64,000 bases of DNA from Pelagibacteraceae bacterium AG-333-C14 (GTDB lineage: Bacteria > Pseudomonadota > Alphaproteobacteria > Pelagibacterales > AG-422-B15). The stretch is from the NCBI GenBank assembly GCA_003282485.1, contig QBZD01000002.1, forward strand, positions 4,769 through 68,768, given 5' to 3'. The notes below the pieces were generated by a model. It made no database searches and was not told the DNA's origin. It worked only from the letters and a program-made list of their open reading frames with translations. This document shows positions 21,079 to 31,151 of the stretch, piece by piece. How positions within the stretch are numbered: the stretch's first letter is position 1; the number at the start of each line of letters is the position of its first letter. Made by a program: the position numbers and the translations under genes.

Positions 21079-22109
21079 ATGAATTTTGCTTTATTATATC
21101 TCTCTATTATATTTTTTTTGAATTCACTTACTTTATCATTTTCTACCAGTGTTACAACAGCGCCCCCAAAACCTGCTCCTGTGAGTTTAGCTCCATATGC
21201 ACCAAACTCATTACACAAGCTCACTATGGTATCTAGTTCATCAATTGAAACTTCAAAATCTTTTGCTAAGGAATTATGACTCTCTGTCATAAGTCTACCA
21301 AAGTATTTATCGTTATTAGTTATTAAGGCATCTTTTCCATTTTTAGTTCTTTTATTTTCAGTCACCACATGTTTTGCTACTTTATATTCATTTTTGTTTA
21401 ATGAGTTTGAATCAATAATCTCGATATCAGAAATATTTGATAAAAAATCAACTTTTAATTTTTTTGCGGCTGAAATACAGAGGTCTTTTTTCTTATTAAA
21501 GTCACTTTGTTCTAAAATACGTTTTATACCACTGTCTATAATGAGAAAAGTTGAGGTGTTAAATAGAGGTATTTTTTCATAGTCATTATTTAGAGTATTT
21601 AAATAGAGTACCTTGCCACTTTCTCCAAAGACTGATGCATATTGATCCATCATACCTCCACCGACTCCAACAAATTTATTTTCGACGTCAAATGCTGCGT
21701 TGGCCAATTCAACTTCGCTAATTTCAATTTGAAAATATTTTACAAGAGATTTTAGAATACTTATATTTGTTGCGGCAGAGGATGATAAGCCAATACCTAT
21801 AGGTAAATCACTTGATATATCGATACTTATATCTTTAATCTCAATATGGTATTTATCTCTTATATACTTGCAAGATCCCAGAGCAAAATCTGACCAATGA
21901 TGATTTTTACTTTCCAGATTATATGCTTCAAAAATATCATCGTAATCATTTGATCTTATAGTTATGTTATTAGATTGTTTGTTTTCAGAGATCTTTGTCT
22001 CGACCCCTAACTTTATTTGAAGAGGCATTACATAGCCACCATTATAGTCTAAGTGCTCACCTAATAGATTAACTCTGCCAAAACTTTTACCAATAGCATT
22101 ATTTTGCAT
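21075..22109 (-). CDS. galK: galactokinase (GHMP kinase)
   Basis: 'GRVNLLGEHLDYNGG' galactokinase signature, 'PIGIGLSSSAA' GHMP motif and 'GAKLTGAGFGGA'. Confidence 0.85.
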   Translation of the reverse strand: MQNNAIGKSFGRVNLLGEHLDYNGGYVMPLQIKLGVETKISENKQSNNITIRSNDYDDIFEAYNLESKNHHWSDFALGSCKYIRDKYHIEIKDISIDISSDLPIGIGLSSSAATNISILKSLVKYFQIEISEVELANAAFDVENKFVGVGGGMMDQYASVFGESGKVLYLNTLNNDYEKIPLFNTSTFLIIDSGIKRILEQSDFNKKKDLCISAAKKLKVDFLSNISDIEIIDSNSLNKNEYKVAKHVVTENKRTKNGKDALITNNDKYFGRLMTESHNSLAKDFEVSIDELDTIVSLCNEFGAYGAKLTGAGFGGAVVTLVENDKVSEFKKNIIERYNKAKFI

Positions 22110-22116
22110 AGATCAA

Positions 22117-23466
22117 TTAACTTTTTCTTTTTGAGTTCAAGCTTGAGAATACTTTGTCGTAAAAACTACTGTCATATCTATGAAAAATCATAATTGACAT
22201 TGCAATTGTTCCAGCAACTGCAGGAAATATATATCCCATGACAAAGAGTCCCTCCAAAGTTTCAGAGCTTTGAACTATTGCATTGGGTTTATAATTAGTA
22301 CTTTCCAGAATTATTCCAGCCAACCAACCACTAAAGCCTATGCTAAGCTTGAAAATGCACACAAACGAAGAATTAATTATTCCCTCAGATCTAAATCCTG
22401 ATTTCCACTCTCCAAACTCAACAGAGTCCGCAAGCATTGACCATGTCGCTACGCCTGCCATCCCAAAACCAATGAAACCAAACGATCCAATAAAAGCGAA
22501 TAACCAAAAATTTTCATAACCAGTTATAAAATATATAATTAAATCAGTTATAACATAGAGGACTGTACCAATTATAAAAATAATTTTCTTCTCAAACATA
22601 TTTTTGATTAAATTTGCTGCTAAGGCGCCCAACATAATTTGTAAAATGACACCTAATAGAATTAATCCAAAATAAGGTTCAAGTTGGAGATTATATTTAA
22701 TGAAATAAACTACAGTTACTTGCTTAACATTGTTTGCGATCCATGTTCCTAACAGTGCAAAAATTATAAACTGCAGTGCAAAATTATTTGCCAGCATATT
22801 AATTATCTTTTTAAAGCTAATTCTTTTTTCATAGACTTTGGAATAAACTTCTTTTGTATTGAAGAAGCACAGAAAACAAAAGATAGCCCCCAGTAATGCA
22901 AAACAAGCAACAACAATTGGAAATCCTAATTGAGGACTTACAAAATATTCATCTTCTAGAAGTTTTACTAATGTTAGAGTTAATGCAGCAACAACCACTG
23001 AGCCCAAGGATCCTCCTATATATCTAAACGATGCTAACGACGTTCGTTCGTTCATATCTTGTGTCATAGCTGCAGTCATTGAGCCAAATGGAATAGCCAT
23101 AATTGTATATAAAGTTGTAAAAGAAATATAAGTGAATAGTGCCCAGTAAAATTTTCCGTCATCTGATAAGTTAGGTGAAGTAAAGCAAAGAATAATTGCC
23201 AGCAATGCTGGAATTGATCCAAACAATATATACGGTCTAAACTTACCCCAACGTGAGGAAGTATTATCTGCTATGTATCCCATAATCGGGTCAGTGAAAG
23301 CATCCCATGCTTTAGCTAAAAGAAAAACTAATCCTGCATTTGAGGGTGAAAGACCAAATACATCTGTGTAAAAAAAAAGTAGGTAAAATACAGTCAGCTG
23401 CCACATAATATTTATAGCAAAGTCACCTCCACCATAAAAAAACTTTGTTCTAAAACTTAGTTTCAT
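22117..23466 (-). CDS. glycoside-pentoside-hexuronide (GPH)/MFS sugar:cation symporter
   Basis: 449 aa, about 12 TM. N-terminal 'GGGDFAINIMWQ...DAFTDPIMGYIADNTSSRWGKFRPY' is typical of MelB/GPH carriers. Confidence 0.8.
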   Translation of the reverse strand: MKLSFRTKFFYGGGDFAINIMWQLTVFYLLFFYTDVFGLSPSNAGLVFLLAKAWDAFTDPIMGYIADNTSSRWGKFRPYILFGSIPALLAIILCFTSPNLSDDGKFYWALFTYISFTTLYTIMAIPFGSMTAAMTQDMNERTSLASFRYIGGSLGSVVVAALTLTLVKLLEDEYFVSPQLGFPIVVACFALLGAIFCFLCFFNTKEVYSKVYEKRISFKKIINMLANNFALQFIIFALLGTWIANNVKQVTVVYFIKYNLQLEPYFGLILLGVILQIMLGALAANLIKNMFEKKIIFIIGTVLYVITDLIIYFITGYENFWLFAFIGSFGFIGFGMAGVATWSMLADSVEFGEWKSGFRSEGIINSSFVCIFKLSIGFSGWLAGIILESTNYKPNAIVQSSETLEGLFVMGYIFPAVAGTIAMSIMIFHRYDSSFYDKVFSSLNSKRKS

Positions 23467-24605
23467 AAATTTTTATAAGTTGCTTCTACTAACTTTAAAG
23501 CCCTTTGATCGCCCAGCATCGAGCCAGTAAGTAGATTCATAGTGTAAGCAAAACTCAGCCCATTTTCAGGATCACCAAAAGCCATAGAGCCACCCCAACC
23601 AGTATGACCGAATGCTTTACTGCTGTTTCCAAAAAGTTTACCACCTCCAACACTGTATCCTGTAAAGCTCCATTGCATGGGTGATTTCATAACATTGTCA
23701 TCACCACTGACAGCAACTGCTGTTACCAATTTAAAAGTTTCATTCGATATGAAGTTATTTGATTGATGATTTATAAAATGATCATAAATTTTAGCGATCG
23801 ATCTTGAGTTTGCATGACAATTCATTGCTGGTATTTCGGCCAGTCTCCATTCAGTAGTATTTGCTGTTTTGGTTCTGTTAGCTGGATTGAGGAATGCGGT
23901 TACCAAATAATTATCAACATTTTCTGGATTACTAAATGCTTTACGTAAACTTTCAGAACTTATTAACTCAGCAATATTGTTGTGGTATATCTCAGGGGTT
24001 CCAATAAAACATTTTGCATCCAGCGGTTTACTGAGAAGTTCATGCAAATTTTTTCCAACTGATTTTTTTGTAATTCTTTTAATTAATTCTCCAACAAGAA
24101 AACCAATAGTTTTTGGATGATAACAAATTTCTTTATTGGGTTCATGAAAAGGTTTTTGTTTTGCAAGTAACTCACAAACATAATCCCATTTATAAAAGTC
24201 TGTTTCATCAAGAGGTTCCCTCCAACCATAAAGACCTGCCTGATGAGTTAAAAGTGTTTTTACCTTAATATCATTTTTTCCATTTTCAGAGAATTCTGGC
24301 CAATAATCGCAAACTCTTTTATCTAATTCTAAATCACCATTATCAATTAGTTTTGCAACTACCATGGCGACAATTCCTTTGCTGGTTGAATGAACATTGA
24401 CTAAGGTGTCTTTATTCCAGCTAATTTTTTTGTCACGGTCTTGAAAACCACCATAAAGATCTATGATAGGCTTACCATCTTTGTACACAGCAAATGACGC
24501 ACCAGCTTCCTCATCACTTTCAATATTTCTCTTGAAAAGTTCATAGGTTTCTTGGAACTTTTCATCAAATTCCCCATACTCTGTAACAGAATTCATAGTG
24601 CTCAT
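23463..24605 (-). CDS. serine hydrolase, class C beta-lactamase/esterase family
   Basis: 380 aa with the 'HSTSKG' S-x-x-K active-site motif and no signal peptide. 4-nt overlap with the GPH gene. Confidence 0.7.
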   Translation of the reverse strand: MSTMNSVTEYGEFDEKFQETYELFKRNIESDEEAGASFAVYKDGKPIIDLYGGFQDRDKKISWNKDTLVNVHSTSKGIVAMVVAKLIDNGDLELDKRVCDYWPEFSENGKNDIKVKTLLTHQAGLYGWREPLDETDFYKWDYVCELLAKQKPFHEPNKEICYHPKTIGFLVGELIKRITKKSVGKNLHELLSKPLDAKCFIGTPEIYHNNIAELISSESLRKAFSNPENVDNYLVTAFLNPANRTKTANTTEWRLAEIPAMNCHANSRSIAKIYDHFINHQSNNFISNETFKLVTAVAVSGDDNVMKSPMQWSFTGYSVGGGKLFGNSSKAFGHTGWGGSMAFGDPENGLSFAYTMNLLTGSMLGDQRALKLVEATYKNL

Positions 24606-24651
24606 TTATAGTGTAATAAAATTAAATTTATATATTCTTCATTTAGATTAT

Positions 24652-25560
24652 ATGAGTGAAGTAAATAACAAAACATATTTAATTGGATTTATTCTTGCCT
24701 TATCTGCTGGTTTGATATGGAGTTTTGGCGCACCTACTGTTCGCTATATGGTCGATGCTGAAATCTATCAATGGCATTATCTATTTTGTAGAGGCATTGT
24801 AGTAGCAACAATTCTCCTAATATTTTTAATATATCAAGAAGGATTAGCATTCAGACATAATTTTAAAAGAGTAGGTATATCAGGTTTAATTGGTGGTTTA
24901 GGTCTAGCTTCAGCATTTATTTTTTTCATATTTGGAATGACTTTTACTTCTGCTGCAACAACGTTATTTATGATTGGAACCCAACCTTTATTTGCAGGAC
25001 TGTTTGCTTATATTTTTCTTAGAGAGAAAGTTGGAATAACCACAGCTATTGCATGTTTTGTATCATTATTTGGAATGTTTTTAATGGCTTACAATGATTG
25101 GTTTGCAGGCACATTTTTAGGTTGGACTTTTGGTTTGTTTTGCTCAATTGGTTTTGCAATATTTGCAACAACTTTAAGATGGCAACCTGATACACCAAAA
25201 TTTACAACGATCATTATTGCTGGGATTGCATGTTCATTATTTTCAATGTGCATGATTATTTATCTTAATGATGGTTATACTATGCCGCTTAGAAATATAT
25301 TATTAAGTATGATGCATGGTTCTTTTGTAGCAATAGGGTTAATACTTTTAAGTATAGGCGCACGTTATTTGCCAGCAGCTGAATTCATGCTTCTTTCTCT
25401 TACTGAAGTAGTAGGAGGAGTCATATGGTGTTGGATACCTCTTTTTGGAGTTAACGAGGTGCCTTCAACATTCACCCTTATAGGAGGTATGATAATAATT
25501 ATTGCAATCAGCTTCTACGCTTTAGGTTCAAAACAGAAAACATCACCGCCAACTTTATGA
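24652..25560 (+). CDS. EamA/DMT family transporter
   Basis: About 10 TM with two EamA-like halves. I moved the start to the Met at 24652 (MSEVNNK...), because the 24598 start would overlap the divergent gene. Confidence 0.7.
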   Translation: MSEVNNKTYLIGFILALSAGLIWSFGAPTVRYMVDAEIYQWHYLFCRGIVVATILLIFLIYQEGLAFRHNFKRVGISGLIGGLGLASAFIFFIFGMTFTSAATTLFMIGTQPLFAGLFAYIFLREKVGITTAIACFVSLFGMFLMAYNDWFAGTFLGWTFGLFCSIGFAIFATTLRWQPDTPKFTTIIIAGIACSLFSMCMIIYLNDGYTMPLRNILLSMMHGSFVAIGLILLSIGARYLPAAEFMLLSLTEVVGGVIWCWIPLFGVNEVPSTFTLIGGMIIIIAISFYALGSKQKTSPPTL

Positions 25561-25577
25561 GTATAAGAGTTTGTTGA

Positions 25578-26741
25578 ATGAATGATATAGTATCGACCAA
25601 CTGGAATTATCCTACCCCCATATGGTTTGGGCTTTCACGCAGACTTGAAATTATAGAAGCGCTCAATGAGTTATCTATAGCCAAACCAATGATTGTTACA
25701 GATCCAAATTTTGCAGAAAATGAAAATTTTGTTGATATCCTTGCTATTCTTAAAAAGAGTCAGGTCAAATTCTCAGTATTTTCAAATATAAAAGGTAATC
25801 CCACGGGTAAGAATGTTTCAGATGGTGTTGCTCAATTTAATTCAACCAAAAGTGATGGTATAATTATAATTGGTGGAGGGAGTTCGTTGGATGCTGGAAA
25901 AGCCATTGCTTTCATGTCGAAGCAGAAAGAGAACTTATGGTTTTTTGAAGATGTCAGCGACAATTGGAAACAAGCTGTAACTGACAATCTGCCAAAAGTA
26001 ATTGCAATCCCAACAACCTCAGGAACTGGTTCAGAAACAGGACGAGCCTCACTTATTGTGGATGAAGCAGATATGACAAAAAAAATTATTTTCCATCCAT
26101 CTTTCCTGCCCAATTTAGTCGTTCTTGATCCTGAGTTGACTTTGAGTTTACCTCCTCACTTAACTGCTGCGACGGGAATGGATGCACTTGCACATTGCCT
26201 AGAAGCCTATTGCGCACGAGGGTTTCATCCAATGGCAGATGGGATAGCTATAGAGGGAATTAAAAATGTTAAGGATCAATTAGTTACTGCTTATAAAGAG
26301 CCAAAAAACATTCATGCCAGAAGTAAGATGTTAGTAACCTCATCTATGGGTTCCACAGCTTTTCAAAAAGGATTAGGAGCTATTCATTCATTGTCACATC
26401 CGATAAATGCAGTAAATGACATTCATCATGGTTTATCAAATGCTATTTTCATGCCTTATGTTCTTAACTTTAATAAAGATGTAATTGAAGATAGAATTAT
26501 TTCTTTATCAAAATATCTAGACCTTAATAAGAAATCATTTGACGGATTCATGGAATGGATCTTGAACCTGAGAAGTAATCTTTCTATACCTCATACACTT
26601 AAAGAGTTGAATGTTGATTTTGATTTTGATTTACTATCAGAAATGGCCATAAAAGATCCATCCACCCAACCTAATCCCAAAGATATATCTTTAGATCAAA
26701 TGAAGAATCTTTACATAAATTCATACGAAGGTATTCTTTAA
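25578..26741 (+). CDS. iron-containing (group III) alcohol dehydrogenase
   Basis: 387 aa with 'GGGSSLDAGKAI' and the His cluster 'ALAHCLE...HSLSHPI...HHG'. Confidence 0.85.
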   Translation: MNDIVSTNWNYPTPIWFGLSRRLEIIEALNELSIAKPMIVTDPNFAENENFVDILAILKKSQVKFSVFSNIKGNPTGKNVSDGVAQFNSTKSDGIIIIGGGSSLDAGKAIAFMSKQKENLWFFEDVSDNWKQAVTDNLPKVIAIPTTSGTGSETGRASLIVDEADMTKKIIFHPSFLPNLVVLDPELTLSLPPHLTAATGMDALAHCLEAYCARGFHPMADGIAIEGIKNVKDQLVTAYKEPKNIHARSKMLVTSSMGSTAFQKGLGAIHSLSHPINAVNDIHHGLSNAIFMPYVLNFNKDVIEDRIISLSKYLDLNKKSFDGFMEWILNLRSNLSIPHTLKELNVDFDFDLLSEMAIKDPSTQPNPKDISLDQMKNLYINSYEGIL

Positions 26742-26743
26742 CT

Positions 26744-27484
26744 ATGATAAAAACAGAAAAATTAATCTATGGCGCACTTAATTCTGATCAAAAATATGAA
26801 GGCTCAATCAGTTATGATGATAGTATAAGTACTCCTCGTCCCGGTATCCTCGTTTGCCATGCGTATGGAGGACATTCATCTTTTGATATCGAGAAATCTG
26901 AAAAATTGGCTGAATTAGGTTATTTTGCTTTTGCAATTGATCTCTATGGTCTGGGTAGACGAGGTTCCAACCCAGAAGAATCAATGGCACTAATGAATGA
27001 ATTTAATTCTGACCGAGTGTTGCTTCAAGAACGCATGATAAATGCGTTTGAAACTCTTAAAAACTTTGATCAAGTTGATAAGAATAAAACAGGGGCCATC
27101 GGGTTTTGTTTTGGTGGCAAGTGCGCTCTTGATCTTGCAAGATCTGGAGAAGACATTAAGGGAGTTGTAAGTTTTCATGGACTCTATGATGCTCCAACAG
27201 CGAGTACTGGAAAGCAGTTAAAAGGCACATTAAAAATTGATAGTTCGATATTAATTTTGCATGGTTATGATGATCCTATGGCTACTCCAAAAAGTATGGT
27301 CGAACTCGCTGATGAACTAAATTCAAAGAAAGCTAAATGGCAAATTCACGCATATGGTAATGTGGGCCATGCCTTTACTAATCCAGAAGCCAATCAGAGA
27401 GAAAGCGGATTATTTTATGACCAATATGCTGATGAGCATTCTTGGAATGAAATGAAAAATTTCTTTTCAAAATTATTTTTATAA
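26744..27484 (+). CDS. dienelactone hydrolase family protein
   Basis: 246 aa with 'GAIGFCFGG' (nucleophile Cys elbow) and 'LHGYDDP...GHAF'. Confidence 0.75.
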   Translation: MIKTEKLIYGALNSDQKYEGSISYDDSISTPRPGILVCHAYGGHSSFDIEKSEKLAELGYFAFAIDLYGLGRRGSNPEESMALMNEFNSDRVLLQERMINAFETLKNFDQVDKNKTGAIGFCFGGKCALDLARSGEDIKGVVSFHGLYDAPTASTGKQLKGTLKIDSSILILHGYDDPMATPKSMVELADELNSKKAKWQIHAYGNVGHAFTNPEANQRESGLFYDQYADEHSWNEMKNFFSKLFL

Positions 27485-27487
27485 ATC

Positions 27488-28555
27488 TCAATTAATATTA
27501 GTAATTTCTACTTTGTCAGAACCAACTGGTAGTATTGCTATAGTTCCATCATCTGCTAATGTCCAATTGTTTGGACGTACTTCATTAACACCTCTCACAA
27601 AAATTATTTTCGCAATGAAATTTTGAGGGGCTGGCGTCAAATGATAAAATATTAACTCTTTTACATTTGCTTCATTGGCAGCTTGGGCAGCCTCAATTGG
27701 AGAAGCATGATAATCCTGAATATCATAAAAGACTGTAGATAATAAGGGGTTAACGTCTTCAGAAATTTCTTCTAATCTTCCTATCATATTTTGAGAGAGA
27801 GCATCATGAAATAGTAAGTCTGCATTTTTAGCTTGTTCAACTAAGTTTTCACTGTAGTCGGTATCACCACTTATCACTATGGATCTGCCTTTATAATCGA
27901 AACGAAAACCTAGCGAGGGATCAACTGGAAAATGCTCAACTTCAAAAGCTGTTATTTTAAGTTCACCATCATCAAAAATAACTGGATTATTTAAATTAAT
28001 TATTTTTGTGTCAAAGCCGGCAAAGTCAGAGGGAGCTACTTCTTCTCCATGATGAAGTGTTCTCCACTCAGTGTCTAACTCATAAGCTTTTGTTATTCCA
28101 TCAGTCACGAGAGTGGTACCAAATGGCCCATACACTGGCAGTTTTTTGCCTCTATTTTGGGTTACCCATGAATAGAGGTGAAAGTCAGCCAAATCAGAAA
28201 TATGATCTGAATGCAAGTGAGTTAATAAGACTGCATCTAAATTACCAAGATTAATACTCCAATTTATAAGGTTTTGCCTGCTACCATCTCCAGTATCAAC
28301 TACAAACATATGATCAGGAGTCTTTATCATTATGCAGGGCTCGGCTCTTCCCTTGCCAGGTAAGGGTCCCCGTGATCCACAAACAAGACCAATAATATAA
28401 TCGCCATCAAAACTTATTAATTTATCCTGATTATTCCATTGTCTATCAAAATCAAAATCTATCAAAAGATTTTGAACAGTAGTAGTTCTTATTCCGATAA
28501 GTGCAATAATGAGTATTAAAATTGCGGTTATCAAAAAAAAATAAATTTTTTTCAT
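27488..28555 (-). CDS. MBL-fold metallo-hydrolase, membrane-anchored or exported
   Basis: 'LLTHLHSDHISD' (HxHxDH) with an N-terminal hydrophobic anchor. Confidence 0.75.
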   Translation of the reverse strand: MKKIYFFLITAILILIIALIGIRTTTVQNLLIDFDFDRQWNNQDKLISFDGDYIIGLVCGSRGPLPGKGRAEPCIMIKTPDHMFVVDTGDGSRQNLINWSINLGNLDAVLLTHLHSDHISDLADFHLYSWVTQNRGKKLPVYGPFGTTLVTDGITKAYELDTEWRTLHHGEEVAPSDFAGFDTKIINLNNPVIFDDGELKITAFEVEHFPVDPSLGFRFDYKGRSIVISGDTDYSENLVEQAKNADLLFHDALSQNMIGRLEEISEDVNPLLSTVFYDIQDYHASPIEAAQAANEANVKELIFYHLTPAPQNFIAKIIFVRGVNEVRPNNWTLADDGTIAILPVGSDKVEITNIN

Positions 28556-28557
28556 AT

Positions 28558-28935
28558 TTATTGGCTAGACATTCTCTTCGATGTTACAAGCAATAAAGTA
28601 ATAAGTAATATTTCAATAATAATAAATTGAGTTGCAAAGGTTGCATCATGTGCTACCCATGAGATCACTCTAAATAAAGCAGTAAAACCCAAAAGCATCG
28701 CAGGCGCATAAAACCAAATACTCCTTAAAGTATAAGCTGCAAGTATCATCATCAAACCAATGCAAAAAAAATAGCTTCCTACATCACCAATTAGACTACT
28801 TCGACCTAAACCTTCGGAAATTTCTAAGATACCAAAGTTAGCTCCAGCTTCGTAGGGAGAAATCACCCAGAGGAGACCAATTGCAATAAACAAGATCCCA
28901 TTGATAGCATTTAAAACAACTAAAAATTTATTCAT
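28558..28935 (-). CDS. small 4-TM membrane protein (DUF4345-like)
   Basis: 125 aa with four hydrophobic helices. The family guess is tentative. Confidence 0.4.
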   Translation of the reverse strand: MNKFLVVLNAINGILFIAIGLLWVISPYEAGANFGILEISEGLGRSSLIGDVGSYFFCIGLMMILAAYTLRSIWFYAPAMLLGFTALFRVISWVAHDATFATQFIIIEILLITLLLVTSKRMSSQ

Positions 28936-29000
28936 AATCTTTCTCCTTTAGTATTATTAAATAATGTTTATTTTTATTATAATCAATAATAAGGTTCAAT

Positions 29001-29423
29001 ATGGAAGTTAAGAATAAAGTTTATCCCAGTAAAGATCAGATGAGGGGTTTCTTTGAAACTGCAACTGATAATGAACCAATCTATATGGTTAACTTATTAA
29101 AGTTTAAAGATAAAGCTGAATACAAAGATGGAAGAAAAACAAAATTGACCGGTAGAGAAGCATACAAAATCTATGCAGAATTTGTTAAGAAGCATTTACA
29201 AAATATTGGTGGAGATCTTATTTTACACACAGATGTGACACGTATGGCAGTTGGGCAAGTTGAGGAATTGTGGGATGTAGTTGCTATCGCTAAATGGCCT
29301 TCAAGACAAATTATGGGTGAGAATATGATGCCAAATGACCCAACGTATCTTGAAGCGTACCAACATCGAGAAGCAGGTTTAGCGGGCCAACTGAATATTG
29401 AAACTAAAGAAATAAATGATTGA
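29001..29423 (+). CDS. DUF1330 family protein
   Basis: 140 aa with 'EPIYMVNLLKFKDKAEY...', a dimeric alpha/beta-barrel-like size and N-terminal pattern. Confidence 0.55.
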   Translation: MEVKNKVYPSKDQMRGFFETATDNEPIYMVNLLKFKDKAEYKDGRKTKLTGREAYKIYAEFVKKHLQNIGGDLILHTDVTRMAVGQVEELWDVVAIAKWPSRQIMGENMMPNDPTYLEAYQHREAGLAGQLNIETKEIND

Positions 29424-30102
29424 ACTATATACTTCGCCTACACCAAATGGATATAAGATTTCCGTCGCATTAGAGGAACTTGAAATACCTTACAATGTTC
29501 ACGTTGTTAATCTACAAGCTGGAGATCAAAAAAAACCTGAATTCTTAGCAATGAATCCAAATGGACGCATTCCTGTGATTGTTGATATAGAAAATAATAA
29601 TCTTTCAATTATGGAAAGTGGTGCTCAACTCATTTATTTAGCTGAGAAAGCAGGAAAACTTTTACCTACTGAAACAATTGCTCGTTTTAAAGTGATTCAA
29701 TGGTTGATGTTTCAAATGGGAGGAATTGGTCCCATGATGGGGCAGGCAAATGTTTTTTTTCGGTATTGGCCTGGCGATAAAATCCAAGCGGCTGTAGATC
29801 GTTATCAAAATGAAGGTCGACGATTATTTGAAGTAATGGAAACACGTTTAAAGGATAATGAATTTTTAGCTGATGATTTTAGTATTGCTGATATTGCTAA
29901 CTGGTGCTGGGTAAGAACGTATAAATGGTCAGGTATTAAAATAGATGGCCTGACAGGTCTTCAAAGATGGATGCAAATGATGGAAGATCGACCGGCATGT
30001 AAAAAAGGTGTAGCTGTTCCAATTGATATTATGGAGCTGATGAGAAATATGAAACAATCAAAAGACTTAACGGATACAGGATCGAAAATTATACAGAAAT
30101 AG
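29416..30102 (+). CDS. glutathione S-transferase, Nu-class (YfcG/YghU-like)
   Basis: 'LYTSPTPNGYKISVALEELEIPY...NPNGRIPVIVD' matches the Nu-class GST N-domain. Confidence 0.8.
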   Translation: MIELYTSPTPNGYKISVALEELEIPYNVHVVNLQAGDQKKPEFLAMNPNGRIPVIVDIENNNLSIMESGAQLIYLAEKAGKLLPTETIARFKVIQWLMFQMGGIGPMMGQANVFFRYWPGDKIQAAVDRYQNEGRRLFEVMETRLKDNEFLADDFSIADIANWCWVRTYKWSGIKIDGLTGLQRWMQMMEDRPACKKGVAVPIDIMELMRNMKQSKDLTDTGSKIIQK

Positions 30103-30111
30103 ATAGATATT

Positions 30112-31149
30112 ATGAGTTTACCAAATCCATTAGTAGTACTTGGCGGAGTGGGGTCACCTTATACTCGAAAAATGCTCTCCTACCTAAGATATAAAAGAAT
30201 TCCTCTTAAAATGATCTGGGGAGACCCTTCAAAATATCTAGATCAGGAAGGAATAGAAAAACCAAAACCTAGTTTGCTGCCAACGTTTGTGTTGCCTGAT
30301 GAAGATGGAAATTTGAAAGCAGTAACTGACTCCACTCCATTGATAAGAAGGATTGATAAAAAAGTCAGTGAACGAAGTACGATACCATCTGACCCAGCCC
30401 TTGCGTTCATTAATTATCTAATAGAAGATTTTGCCGATGAGTGGGGTACTAAATATATGTTTCATTATCGATGGCACGATCAAAAAGATGCAAATAATGC
30501 AGGTACTATTTTACCGCTTCAGACTATAGGAATGATGCCAGATGACATGCTAAAAAATGTTAGAGAAATGATCAGTAAAAGGCAAATTGATAGATTATGG
30601 GTAGTGGGCTCAAACAATGATACAGCGCCAATAATAGATGCAAGTTTAAGGCGCTTATTAGCTATTCTTGAAAAGCATTTTGCATCTGCATCTTACCTAT
30701 TAAGTAAAAGACCTTCTTCCAGTGATTTTGCTTTATACGGTCAACTGTCTCAGCTTGTTAACTTTGATCCAACTCCCAGAGAAATTTGCCATGAGGTTTC
30801 TTTGAGAACAGTCGCATGGGTTGGTTTAATCGAAGATCAGTCTGGCATTGAAGTTACCGATGAACAATGGGGGTCAATTGAAAGTTTACCATCGACGGTA
30901 AAAGATTTACTTATTGAAATTGGAAATGGGTATGTGCCTGCACAATTAGCAAATGCAAAAGCTATAGAAAATGGCGATAAAGAATGGGAAACAAAAATCG
31001 ATAATTGCCTTTGGAAGCAAAAATCATTTCCCTACCAGGCAAAGTGTCTTAAATGGGTTAATGAAGAATATAGTGCACTTGAAGAAAATGATCGGAAAAA
31101 AGTCAATAACCTGCTTGATGGTACAGGATGTGAAAGGTTAATATTATAA
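30112..31149 (+). CDS. glutathione S-transferase-like protein (long form)
   Basis: 345 aa with a thioredoxin-like N-domain ('GSPYTRKMLSYL') and a helical C-domain. Confidence 0.55.
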   Translation: MSLPNPLVVLGGVGSPYTRKMLSYLRYKRIPLKMIWGDPSKYLDQEGIEKPKPSLLPTFVLPDEDGNLKAVTDSTPLIRRIDKKVSERSTIPSDPALAFINYLIEDFADEWGTKYMFHYRWHDQKDANNAGTILPLQTIGMMPDDMLKNVREMISKRQIDRLWVVGSNNDTAPIIDASLRRLLAILEKHFASASYLLSKRPSSSDFALYGQLSQLVNFDPTPREICHEVSLRTVAWVGLIEDQSGIEVTDEQWGSIESLPSTVKDLLIEIGNGYVPAQLANAKAIENGDKEWETKIDNCLWKQKSFPYQAKCLKWVNEEYSALEENDRKKVNNLLDGTGCERLIL

Positions 31150-31151
31150 TT

